Virus record (IMG/VR): IMGVR_UViG_3300046518_000226
Span: 1-64,000 of that record
DNA: 64,000 bases
DNA from: a virus
Reading direction: 5' to 3' (one strand)
The notes under the pieces were generated by a model. It was given only the letters and a program-made list of their open reading frames with translations, did not search any database and was not told the DNA's origin. The translations under genes were made by a program, and so were the position numbers. Each line of letters starts with the position of its first letter. The first letter of the stretch is position 1. This document shows, piece after piece, positions 19,288 to 27,056 of the stretch.

Positions 19288-20107
19288 TTCTTTCGAGGCG
19301 CAGATGGATCTGTTGATGGGCGGCGACCTGGACGAGCCTGAACCGCTCGAAAAGGCGCACGTCGGTGGGTACACCAAGAAGAACGGCACCTACGTCAAGC
19401 CGCACAACCGTGCTGGCGATGCGGCTCATACAGGCCCAGTGCACCACCACCCCCGCGCGGGAGAGAAAGGCGAAGCCGTCGTGGTCAAGGCTCCCAGTCA
19501 CGCATCGGCGCCGAGCACCTGGCACCACCCTGATGCGGTTGCCACGTTCGTGCCCGATGGCGACGTGCCGTCTTCGATCAATGGCGTCGGCCTTCGCGCC
19601 TGGAGGGATCACCCGAAGACCTCCGAGGGCTGGGATTACGTCGATGGTCAGATGGATGACCTCGACGAGCCGGCTTTCCACCTGCCGCCCGGGAAGAAGG
19701 CCGCCAGCGGTGTCGTCATTGAGGAGCCGGATGGCCGTGTGTGGCTGATCGCTCCGACCAACCAGTTCGGCGGGTACCACGCCAGCTTCCCCAAGGGCAC
19801 GGCCGAGCCGGATCTGTCGCTCCAGGCCAACGCCATCAAGGAGGCGTTCGAGGAAAGCGGATTGAAGGTCGAGATCACCGGCTTCCTCGGTGACTACGAG
19901 CGCACCACCTCGGTGGCCCGCATGTACAGGGCTAAGCGAGTGGGCGGGACGCCGATCGCCATGGGCTGGGAGAGCCAGGCCGTGCACCTGGTGCCGAAGA
20001 CGCACCTCTACGACCACCTCAACATGTGGTCTGACCATGGCATTGCCGAAGTAATCGGCGCCGGTGAGCCGCCTTCACCGAAAGTAACTGCAAGTATTCG
20101 TAAATAA
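19280..20107 (+). CDS. Nudix hydrolase with N-terminal KAHVGGYTKKNGTYVKPH segment
   Basis: Nudix box GTAEPDLSLQANAIKEAFEESG. Confidence 0.9.
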   Translation: MSSSFEAQMDLLMGGDLDEPEPLEKAHVGGYTKKNGTYVKPHNRAGDAAHTGPVHHHPRAGEKGEAVVVKAPSHASAPSTWHHPDAVATFVPDGDVPSSINGVGLRAWRDHPKTSEGWDYVDGQMDDLDEPAFHLPPGKKAASGVVIEEPDGRVWLIAPTNQFGGYHASFPKGTAEPDLSLQANAIKEAFEESGLKVEITGFLGDYERTTSVARMYRAKRVGGTPIAMGWESQAVHLVPKTHLYDHLNMWSDHGIAEVIGAGEPPSPKVTASIRK

Positions 20108-20119
20108 TCACGCTAGCAC

Positions 20120-20149
20120 TTGCGCGCTTGATCAAATTTGATATACGCT
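20120..20149 (+). promoter_or_regulatory. Sigma70-like promoter with operator-like CTTGATCAAAT in the spacer
   Basis: TTGCGC-18 bp-TACGCT. Confidence 0.65.
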
Positions 20150-20182
20150 AGCCTCATCGTAAACGAACATGAGGTCTAGCGT

Positions 20183-20542
20183 ATGTGGATTTGCCTATCC
20201 GATGCCTTCTTGAGCATCGTTCATAAAGACTGTGAGCCTGATGAGCTGCTGGTTCGCGCTCGTCGCCAGGGCGACATCCAGAAAGTATTCCCGAATGCCG
20301 TGGTCAAGAAGACCATTGGCAACGACTATCTCTATCGCGCCGCAATCAAGCGCGCCGAGGTGGCCGAAGCGTTCGCTACTCTGGCGCTGGATACGATTGA
20401 CTATCCGAACTTCAAAAACACCGTTCGCGACAACAAGCTGCACAACGCCTTCAATGCGATCTGGCACACGGTCGCCAAGTTGCAGGCGATCGCGCCCTAC
20501 AGCAGTCGTCGTCCTGCTCGCCAGCGGGGTCTCGGCCTGTGA
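20183..20542 (+). CDS. Conserved hypothetical protein
   Basis: MW....AFLSIV..LLVRARR..DY.YRA..IDYPNFK. Confidence 0.8.
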   Translation: MWICLSDAFLSIVHKDCEPDELLVRARRQGDIQKVFPNAVVKKTIGNDYLYRAAIKRAEVAEAFATLALDTIDYPNFKNTVRDNKLHNAFNAIWHTVAKLQAIAPYSSRRPARQRGLGL

Positions 20543-22224
20543 ACGCCGTTACCGGAACCATCCACGGCGAGCTGATCGAGGACGTGAGCGAGTTCTTCGC
20601 TCCCATGGCGAGCGATCTGGTAGACAGCCTCGTCGGTGAGTACGACGCCACCCGCAAGCGATTGGAGCACATGGCGGCTGCCGTGTCCTCCGAGGCCTGC
20701 CGCGGCGTGCTGCACTACTTCGTTGAGGGCAACGTCGGCGATCAGCGCCACAGCATGCCCACGACTGTCGGGGCTTTGTTCGCGCTGGAAGGCGCCGTCG
20801 CGCACCTCAATGCCGACTTCTGGAACCGCGCCCTGCGCCTGACCGACGTCATCGACTACATGCCGCAGAAGCGGCGCGATGAGTGGTTCGAGCAGATCCG
20901 CAACCCGCTGGGCAAGAAGAAGCACCGCAGCAGCTGGGACAAGGATGCGCCCGAGTGGGAAGTCGCGCCCCTTCCTGAGTTCGAGGAGGACAGCGTCCGC
21001 GCCACCCTCTCTAGCCTACTTGCGAGCCGTGCCAAGTTCCTCGCCGAGCGCGTCGACGGCATCTTCCGCAGCCTGAGCCGCCAGCACGTCACCAACCAGC
21101 CTCAGGGCTTCAGCAAGCGCATGATCATCGCTGGCGTGCACAGCTACGGCACGGCCGGGCAAATCACCGACCTGCGCTGCGTGATCGCCAAGTTCATGGG
21201 GCGCGACGAGCCCAAGCACGGCGCCAGTGACCCGATCATCAAGGCCGCCGGCCGCCAGAACGGTCAGTGGATGACGATCGACGGCGGCGCGCTCCGGATC
21301 CGCGTTTACGGCGGCGTCGGCACTGCGCACCTGGAAGTTCACCCCGAGATGGCCTGGCGTCTGAACGCCATCCTTGCCAGCCTGTACCCGGCGGCGATCC
21401 CGGCCGAGTTCCGCGAGAAGCCGAAGCGCGCGAAGAAGATCAAGGACTTCGAGCTGTTCGACCGCCCGCTGCCGTTCGCGGTGGTCGACGTGCTGGCCCA
21501 GATGAAGCTCGGCTGGGAGCGCAAGGAGAACCCGCACCACCGTGAACACCCATTCCGTGATGTGCCGCGCACTCGCCGCTTCGATCACCATGGCGAGCGC
21601 GACAAGGCGACCATCGCCGAGGCCATCAAGGTGCTGGAGGCGATCGGCGGCGTGAAGGATGCGAAGGAGAGCTACTGGCGCTTCGACTACGAGCCCGCCG
21701 ACGTGCTCGACCAGATCGTGTGCTCAGGCTGCATCCCAGACCACAAGTCGCACCAGTTCTACCCGACGCCGCAGACCGTGGCCGAGGCCGCGATCGAGCT
21801 GGCGATGGTTGGCGCCGAGCCTGGGATGAACTGGCTGGAGCCGAGCGCAGGGCAAGGCGGGCTCGCCGACCTGATGCCCAAGGACGATACCTTCTGCGTC
21901 GAGATCAGCGACCTGCACTGCCAGATCCTCAAGGCGAAGGGGCACATCGTTGAGCAGGCGGACTTCCTCAAATGGGGGCTTTCGATCGGCAAATACGACC
22001 GCATCGTGATGAACCCGCCTTTCAGCGAAGGCCGCTGGCAAGCCCACGTCGAGCACGCTGCGACCATGGTCAAACCTGGTGGACGCCTCGTGGCTATTCT
22101 GCCGCCAACGGCAAAGAACAAGGACTGGCTGTCAGACTTCGATTTGGAATTCTCCAAAACCTACAGCAACGAGTTCGCCGGGACGAGCGTGTCGGTGGTG
22201 ATCCTGACCGCAACACGCAAGTAA
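20539..22224 (+). CDS. DUF4942-like domain + class I SAM (adenine) methyltransferase
   Basis: QFYPTP, LEPSAGQGGLA, VMNPPF. Confidence 0.88.
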   Translation: MNAVTGTIHGELIEDVSEFFAPMASDLVDSLVGEYDATRKRLEHMAAAVSSEACRGVLHYFVEGNVGDQRHSMPTTVGALFALEGAVAHLNADFWNRALRLTDVIDYMPQKRRDEWFEQIRNPLGKKKHRSSWDKDAPEWEVAPLPEFEEDSVRATLSSLLASRAKFLAERVDGIFRSLSRQHVTNQPQGFSKRMIIAGVHSYGTAGQITDLRCVIAKFMGRDEPKHGASDPIIKAAGRQNGQWMTIDGGALRIRVYGGVGTAHLEVHPEMAWRLNAILASLYPAAIPAEFREKPKRAKKIKDFELFDRPLPFAVVDVLAQMKLGWERKENPHHREHPFRDVPRTRRFDHHGERDKATIAEAIKVLEAIGGVKDAKESYWRFDYEPADVLDQIVCSGCIPDHKSHQFYPTPQTVAEAAIELAMVGAEPGMNWLEPSAGQGGLADLMPKDDTFCVEISDLHCQILKAKGHIVEQADFLKWGLSIGKYDRIVMNPPFSEGRWQAHVEHAATMVKPGGRLVAILPPTAKNKDWLSDFDLEFSKTYSNEFAGTSVSVVILTATRK

Positions 22225-22226
22225 TG

Positions 22227-22257
22227 CTTGCTCAAATCTGAGTAACGGCGCTACAAT
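22227..22257 (+). promoter_or_regulatory. Sigma70-like promoter with operator-like CTTGCTCAAAT
   Basis: TTGCTC-18 bp-TACAAT; perfect 13-bp hairpin 22281-22313 in the leader. Confidence 0.7.
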
Positions 22258-22341
22258 CACAGCGCATAAACAGAAATCACCGTAAGGCGCCAAAATACAC
22301 TTGGCGCCTTACGCACATCAAAAGCCTAACGAGAATAATGT

Positions 22342-23094
22342 ATGCGCGTAGAAAACGATGTTTTGAACGTCCTGAGCCGTGCTGATGTATTCGGAAATGT
22401 TCTGACGCTGGTCGGCCAGCTGGATCGCAAACTGTATGAGCGCACCAACAAGGTTCTGGAAGCCGCTGGTGGTAAGTGGAATCGCAAGGCAAAGGCCCAT
22501 GTGTTCGATGGTGATGCTGCTGAACGTGTGGAGCAGATCATCCTCACCGGCGACGTGCTTGTGCCGAAGGATGATTTTGAGTTTTTCCCAACGCCGCCGG
22601 AAGTCGTGGAGCGCCTGCTTGAAATCGCGGACATCCGGGATGGGATGCTGGTGCTGGAGCCTAGCGCAGGGCAGGGCGCGATCGCCAAGGCCGTACACGG
22701 TGCCGCTGAGGGCGTCATGCTCGATATGTATGAGCTGATGCCAGCGAACAACGATGCACTGCACGCACTGAACCTCAGCCTGTCAGGAATTGGCGAGCCG
22801 TGCGACTTCCTGACGGTCGAGCCGAAGCCGATCTATGACCGGGTGGTGATGAACCCGCCTTTTGGCCGTCAAGCTGACATCAGGCACGTGCAGCACGCAC
22901 TGAAGTTCCTGAAGCCTGGCGGTCTGCTGGTATCGGTGATGGGCGGCGGCGTCAGTTTCCGCGATAACAAGCTCACAACCGATTTCCGCAGCATCGTGGC
23001 GGCGAAGGGCGGCACCATCGAGGCGCTGCCGGACGGTGCTTTCAAGGCGTCCGGAACTATGGTCAAAACCGTCATTGTGACCATCCCGAACTGA
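22342..23094 (+). CDS. Class I SAM (adenine) methyltransferase
   Basis: FFPTP, LEPSAGQGAIA, VMNPPF, FKASGT.V.T. Confidence 0.9.
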   Translation: MRVENDVLNVLSRADVFGNVLTLVGQLDRKLYERTNKVLEAAGGKWNRKAKAHVFDGDAAERVEQIILTGDVLVPKDDFEFFPTPPEVVERLLEIADIRDGMLVLEPSAGQGAIAKAVHGAAEGVMLDMYELMPANNDALHALNLSLSGIGEPCDFLTVEPKPIYDRVVMNPPFGRQADIRHVQHALKFLKPGGLLVSVMGGGVSFRDNKLTTDFRSIVAAKGGTIEALPDGAFKASGTMVKTVIVTIPN

Positions 23095-23146
23095 TCAACC
23101 CAGTCATCAACAAACCGCCGGGCGCTGCCCGGCAGGGGAAAGGAAG

Positions 23147-23917
23147 GTGAGTGAACCAATTGTGCTGAACCTCGACGCGATCGAGGCGGCGGCGAAGGCG
23201 GCAATGACAGAGCAGGTGTCAACGCCTTTCCTGCAAAAGACCAATAGCGAGTGCGCAGAGTGGATGCGCTCGTTCTACAAGCCGAGCGCCATTCCGCGCC
23301 TCGATCGCCACTGCACGTGGGCCTGGCAGGAGCAAGAGCGCCGCCATGCTCCGATGATTCTGGAGCTGGTGCGCCGGCTGCGGGCTGCTGAGGCTCTGGC
23401 GGCATCGCGCATCGAGCAGATCCCGGTCGACGCAAAGGTGGTGTCCGTCTTCTACGACTTCACTCCCGACCATCAGGATCAAGCTGAGGAATTCGCCGAA
23501 GCCATCAAGAAGCGCTGCACGAGCGGGCGCTGGACGCTGGTGGCGTTTTTCCCGGTCGGCGCCAGCATCACCGCCCTGAACGATGAACAGCTGCGCGAGG
23601 CCGGGCTTGCGCTGGCTGATAAATCGCTGCCGATCCAGGAAGCTTGGGAGGCCGCCGGCGGGAACCCTGACATCAAGGCGACCCGCGAGGAATTGATCTC
23701 CGCCCTTCGCATGATGGACGAGGCAGAGGATGAATCCGAGCAGAAGGCGGCCGAGCAGAAAGGCAAAATGTTGGTCGACGCTGCTGCCTTGCGCCAGGTG
23801 CTGCAAGCTCTGAACGGCCCAGGCCATCATATCCGCGAACTGCAGGTGTGCCGCGGTCTGCCTGACAGCCCGATCGAAAAGCTGGTTGCCGAGTTCAACG
23901 CGCAGGCCGGCGGCTGA
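23147..23917 (+). CDS. Ead/Ea22-like mosaic phage protein
   Basis: LDAIEAAAKAA..ILELVRRLRAAE; ALRQVLQALNGPGHHIRELQ. Confidence 0.75.
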   Translation: MSEPIVLNLDAIEAAAKAAMTEQVSTPFLQKTNSECAEWMRSFYKPSAIPRLDRHCTWAWQEQERRHAPMILELVRRLRAAEALAASRIEQIPVDAKVVSVFYDFTPDHQDQAEEFAEAIKKRCTSGRWTLVAFFPVGASITALNDEQLREAGLALADKSLPIQEAWEAAGGNPDIKATREELISALRMMDEAEDESEQKAAEQKGKMLVDAAALRQVLQALNGPGHHIRELQVCRGLPDSPIEKLVAEFNAQAGG

Positions 23918-23920
23918 CAC

Positions 23921-24001
23921 CCTGATCCTCAATCAGGTGCGCAGGTAACCAAATCAGTAACTTAGCCGGTAACGGCTCAATTCGGGCGCTCATCGGGCGC
24001 C
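23921..24001 (+). repeat. Composite core-IHF-tandem repeat site, copy 5 (about one helical turn shorter)
   Basis: CCTGA-TCCTCAA-TCAGG; AATCAGTAACTTA 23952-23964; ATTCGGGCGCTCATCGGGCGCC 23980-24001. Confidence 0.85.
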
Positions 24002-24028
24002 CCAACAATCAAAACGAGGGTAAACCCC

Positions 24029-24445
24029 GTGAGCAAATATCCCAAGCTGTACCGCGCCTTCGACTCGATCGGGCCAGACGGCCTGACAATCGAGTTCAAG
24101 GAGTACACCGTGATCGGTGAAACTCCGCAGTGCTGGTATGTGATCGCAAGTGATCTGGCTCATTGGCCTGAAATCAAAGGCTTCGAGAAGCACGTCCTTC
24201 AGAAGCGCAAACGTGTGCTGAAGAATCAGAATGGCCGCCGCTTCTGTTACGTGTCGAAGTCCGACGCGATGAAGTCCTACCAGATCCGCAAGCGCCGGCA
24301 GCTGGGTCACGCCGACCTGGCGATCGCTCGTGCCCAGGCCGGTATCGCTGCTGCTGAAAAGTTGCTCGCCCTTGAAAGCGAGATTGAGCTGCCGATGACC
24401 CAGCCGAGCGAGTACATCCAGGGTCTCAACTGGGAGGTATGCTGA
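24029..24445 (+). CDS. Phage hypothetical protein
   Basis: VIGETPQCWYV..RRFCY; GAGG RBS. Confidence 0.8.
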   Translation: MSKYPKLYRAFDSIGPDGLTIEFKEYTVIGETPQCWYVIASDLAHWPEIKGFEKHVLQKRKRVLKNQNGRRFCYVSKSDAMKSYQIRKRRQLGHADLAIARAQAGIAAAEKLLALESEIELPMTQPSEYIQGLNWEVC

Positions 24446-24921
24446 TGAGCACCTTCCAACTTACACCAGAGATCACCATCAAGATCGCCCGCTGGTTCGC
24501 CAGCGACTACACTGGCGTCTCATCCGAAACCATCGCCTCGATCGCGCTGGGGATGACCGAGCCCGAGCGTCACGGCTGGGACATGCCTTACGACAGTGGC
24601 GACTTCGGCCGCTGCTACCGCCTGATCAAGAAAATTCCCGAGCTGCGGGATGTTCTGCCCCGGGTTGCCGAGCTGTGCCCGCAGTGGAAGCCCATCGTCG
24701 AGATCTGGGACGAGCTGGTCGCGCTGTACGAGGCGGACGAGGCCGAGGAGCCAGTCTACGAGAAGGAGCCACCGAAAGGGCGTGGCCGGTTCCGCCGCAC
24801 CATCATGGTCAACAAGCGCTCGTGCAACGACCGGATCCGCGGTCTGCGCGACGCCTGCATGCTGGCTGGTGGCTGGACTAAGACCCGCAGCGGCTGGGAG
24901 AAGAAGGGAGGTGGCCTGTGA
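24445..24921 (+). CDS. Phage hypothetical protein
   Basis: TGVSSETI..PYDSGDFGRCYRL..W..IVEIWDEL. Confidence 0.8.
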   Translation: MSTFQLTPEITIKIARWFASDYTGVSSETIASIALGMTEPERHGWDMPYDSGDFGRCYRLIKKIPELRDVLPRVAELCPQWKPIVEIWDELVALYEADEAEEPVYEKEPPKGRGRFRRTIMVNKRSCNDRIRGLRDACMLAGGWTKTRSGWEKKGGGL

Positions 24922-25187
24922 GCCTGTCATCGCAAGACCAGTTCGAGCAGAGCTACAGCGACTTCACCGGGCACCCGGTCGCGTTCATCAAAGCGCAGCG
25001 GCTATCCAACGACAGCTATGCGGTTCCGCGCATTGCCACGGCGTACACCTGGTGGAAGCGGGCGCGTGCCGGGATGGTGGTTGAGCTGCCAAAGGGCGGC
25101 AACATGTGGGATGGCGAGCCCGTCGAGATCAGCCGGGCCGAAGCAGTCGCTGCTATCGAAGCTGTTGGCGGGACGGTGGCGCCATGA
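24918..25187 (+). CDS. Hypothetical protein
   Basis: GTGA overlap; GGAGG RBS. Confidence 0.7.
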   Translation: MSLSSQDQFEQSYSDFTGHPVAFIKAQRLSNDSYAVPRIATAYTWWKRARAGMVVELPKGGNMWDGEPVEISRAEAVAAIEAVGGTVAP

Positions 25188-25918
25188 TCGAAACCATCGA
25201 CATCTCGCGCATCAAGCGCTTCTCCGCCAACATCGCCGGCCGCGACTTCGCTGTCGGCGACATCCACGGGCATTTCAGCTTCCTGCAGGCTGCTCTGGAC
25301 GCCGTTGGCTTTGATCCCGCTGTTGATCGCCTGTTCAGCGTCGGTGACCTGGTCGACCGCGGGCCGGAGTGCCGCGACGTGCTCGACTGGCTCGCTAAAC
25401 CCTGGTTCCACGCTGTTCGCGGAAACCACGATGACTACGTGGTTCGCTTCGACACCTGCGACGTGGAGAACTGGATCTACAACGGGGGCTCGTGGTTCGC
25501 TGGCCTCTCGCTGTTCGAGCAGAAGGAGTTCGCCGTCCAGTTCGCAGAGCTGCCGATCGCGATTGAGGTCGAGACGCCTTCAGGGCTGATCGGCATCGTG
25601 CACGCCGACTGCCCGTTCTCCGCGTGGGAGCAGCTGCGCCAGGAGCTGGAAACGCCGGAGAGCAACAAGCGGCTCAAGCTGGTGCACAACACCTGCATGT
25701 GGTCGCGTAGCCGGATCGAGCACGGTGAGACGCATGGCGTTGAAGGTGTACGGGCGCTGGTGGTCGGGCATACCCCGGTACGTGCACCGGCACTGCTCGG
25801 CAACGTGATCCACATCGACACGCGCGGCTGGCGGCCTGACGACGGTGGCTACTTCACCCTGCTGAACCTGGCGACCCTCGAAACCATTCCGCCAATGCCG
25901 GCCAAACTGGAGTGGTGA
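25184..25918 (+). CDS. Ser/Thr protein phosphatase (lambda NinI-like)
   Basis: GDIHG, GDLVDRG, RGNHD, VHAD, GHTP, IDT. Confidence 0.95.
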   Translation: MIETIDISRIKRFSANIAGRDFAVGDIHGHFSFLQAALDAVGFDPAVDRLFSVGDLVDRGPECRDVLDWLAKPWFHAVRGNHDDYVVRFDTCDVENWIYNGGSWFAGLSLFEQKEFAVQFAELPIAIEVETPSGLIGIVHADCPFSAWEQLRQELETPESNKRLKLVHNTCMWSRSRIEHGETHGVEGVRALVVGHTPVRAPALLGNVIHIDTRGWRPDDGGYFTLLNLATLETIPPMPAKLEW

Positions 25919-25925
25919 ACCTACC

Positions 25926-25950
25926 AACCCGCTTCGGCGGGTTTTTCTTT
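25926..25950 (+). terminator. Intrinsic terminator
   Basis: AACCCGC-TTCG-GCGGGTT + T run. Confidence 0.9.
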
Positions 25951-25952
25951 GC

Positions 25953-26052
25953 CATGCTGCCAGCAAGGTAGTTGCATGCTGCAATCTATCTGCTACCTGT
26001 CTGCAAGCCGGCGGCAAGGTTGCTGCCAGCTAACAGCAAGGTTGCAGCATGC
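25953..26052 (+). repeat. Centromere/operator-like 11-bp periodic repeats
   Basis: caatctatctg ctacctgtctg caagccggcgg caaggttgctg ccagctaacag caaggttgcag (25982-26047). Confidence 0.75.
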
Positions 26053-26684
26053 CATCAGTTGTCGCGCTCGTGTCTCAGAAGGGCGGAGTAGGGAAATCAA
26101 CGATTGCCAGGGCACTTGCCCGTGAGGCTGCGGCGGGCGGGCTGTCCGTGAAGGTGGCGGATCTGGACACCCAACAGGGCACGTCGGTGGACTGGCACCG
26201 CACGAGGCTGCACGCAGGCCATGAGCCGGTGGTGTCGGTCGAAGCCTTCGCCACGGCAGCCCAGGCGCTGGCGGTTGCTGGCTCCTACGACCTGCTCATC
26301 ATCGACGGCCCAGCCCGCACCAGCTCGGCGACGCTGGAGATCGCCAAGGCTTCGAACCTGGTGGTGCAGCCGACCGGCGCCTCTGTCGATGACCTGCGGC
26401 CGGCGGTGCGGGAGTTCCATGCGCTGGTGAAGGCCGGGATCCCGGCTTCACGTCTGGCGTTCACGCTCAACCGGATCGGCACCGAGGCTGAGGAAGCGGA
26501 GGCGCGGGCCTACCTCGTCGAGGCCGGATATCAGGTTCTGGACGGCGTCCTGGTCGAGCGGCCGGCATACCGCCAGGCGCAGAACGTGGGGCACTCGGTG
26601 ACAGAGACGCGGTACCAGAAGCTGAATGCCAGGGCGGACACCCTGATCCAATCCCTCATCGATCGGGTCGCGGAAAATGGCTGA
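26049..26684 (+). CDS. parA: ParA family partition ATPase (type Ib)
   Basis: QKGGVGKST, DLDTQ, IIDGP; no N-terminal HTH. Confidence 0.95.
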   Translation: MPSVVALVSQKGGVGKSTIARALAREAAAGGLSVKVADLDTQQGTSVDWHRTRLHAGHEPVVSVEAFATAAQALAVAGSYDLLIIDGPARTSSATLEIAKASNLVVQPTGASVDDLRPAVREFHALVKAGIPASRLAFTLNRIGTEAEEAEARAYLVEAGYQVLDGVLVERPAYRQAQNVGHSVTETRYQKLNARADTLIQSLIDRVAENG

Positions 26685-26979
26685 TCTGTCGAAGCTGAAG
26701 AAGCGCGGCACCCTCGGGGCTCCACCTGGTGAAGACGAGGCCAGCCCCAATCTAGCGGCGCCGGAGGTTGCGCCGCCTACCCCAGCACCCGAGCCTGCCA
26801 AAGCCCGCCGGGACGGCCGGAGCGCTCGCCGCACGAACCGCACGCTGCCGTTTGCCACCCGGGTGAGCCAGCAGTTCGACGACCGCATCCGCGATATCGC
26901 CGAGCGCGATGGTCTGCTGCTGGTGGAGCTGCTGGAGCGCGCGATCGAGGCCTACGAGCGCGAGCGTGCGAAGGGATAG
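26677..26979 (+). CDS. ParG-like ribbon-helix-helix partition protein
   Basis: Small gene overlapping parA; disordered N-terminus; FATRVS..F...IRDIA...LLVELLERA. Confidence 0.75.
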   Translation: MADLSKLKKRGTLGAPPGEDEASPNLAAPEVAPPTPAPEPAKARRDGRSARRTNRTLPFATRVSQQFDDRIRDIAERDGLLLVELLERAIEAYERERAKG

Positions 26980-26982
26980 CCG

Positions 26983-27009
26983 CAAGCTTGCGGCAAGGTT
27001 GCAGCATGC
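26983..27009 (+). repeat. Downstream copy of the partition repeats
   Basis: GCAAGGTTGCAGCATGC 26993-27009 is identical to 26036-26052. Confidence 0.8.
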
Positions 27010-27035
27010 TCCTCCGCTCCGGCGGGGGAGCGCCG

Positions 27036-27050
27036 TCGTGATGTCACCAT
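27036..27050 (+). promoter_or_regulatory. Late-promoter motif, leaderless start
   Basis: TCGTGA-tgt-CACCAT-6 nt-ATG(27057). Confidence 0.8.
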
Positions 27051-27056
27051 CGCGGC

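Noticed and set aside
23117-23146. GCCGGGC-N4-GCCCGGC hairpin + GAAAGGA, also near 30680-30705 (minus) and 12085
   Set aside because: Ordinary pre-RBS hairpins of small phage genes
1429-23937. Cores as tRNA anticodon arms or tRNA genes
   Set aside because: 5-bp stem + 7-nt loop geometry fits, but no D or T arms flank them
1499-24001. Sigma54 promoters (GG-N10-GC) in the tandem TCGGGCGC repeats
   Set aside because: The spacing follows from the 11-bp repeat; TGGCA and TTGC are absent and several downstream genes have other promoters
25953-26052. CRISPR array
   Set aside because: Degenerate 11-bp units with no spacers and no cas genes; no CRISPR seen anywhere in the window
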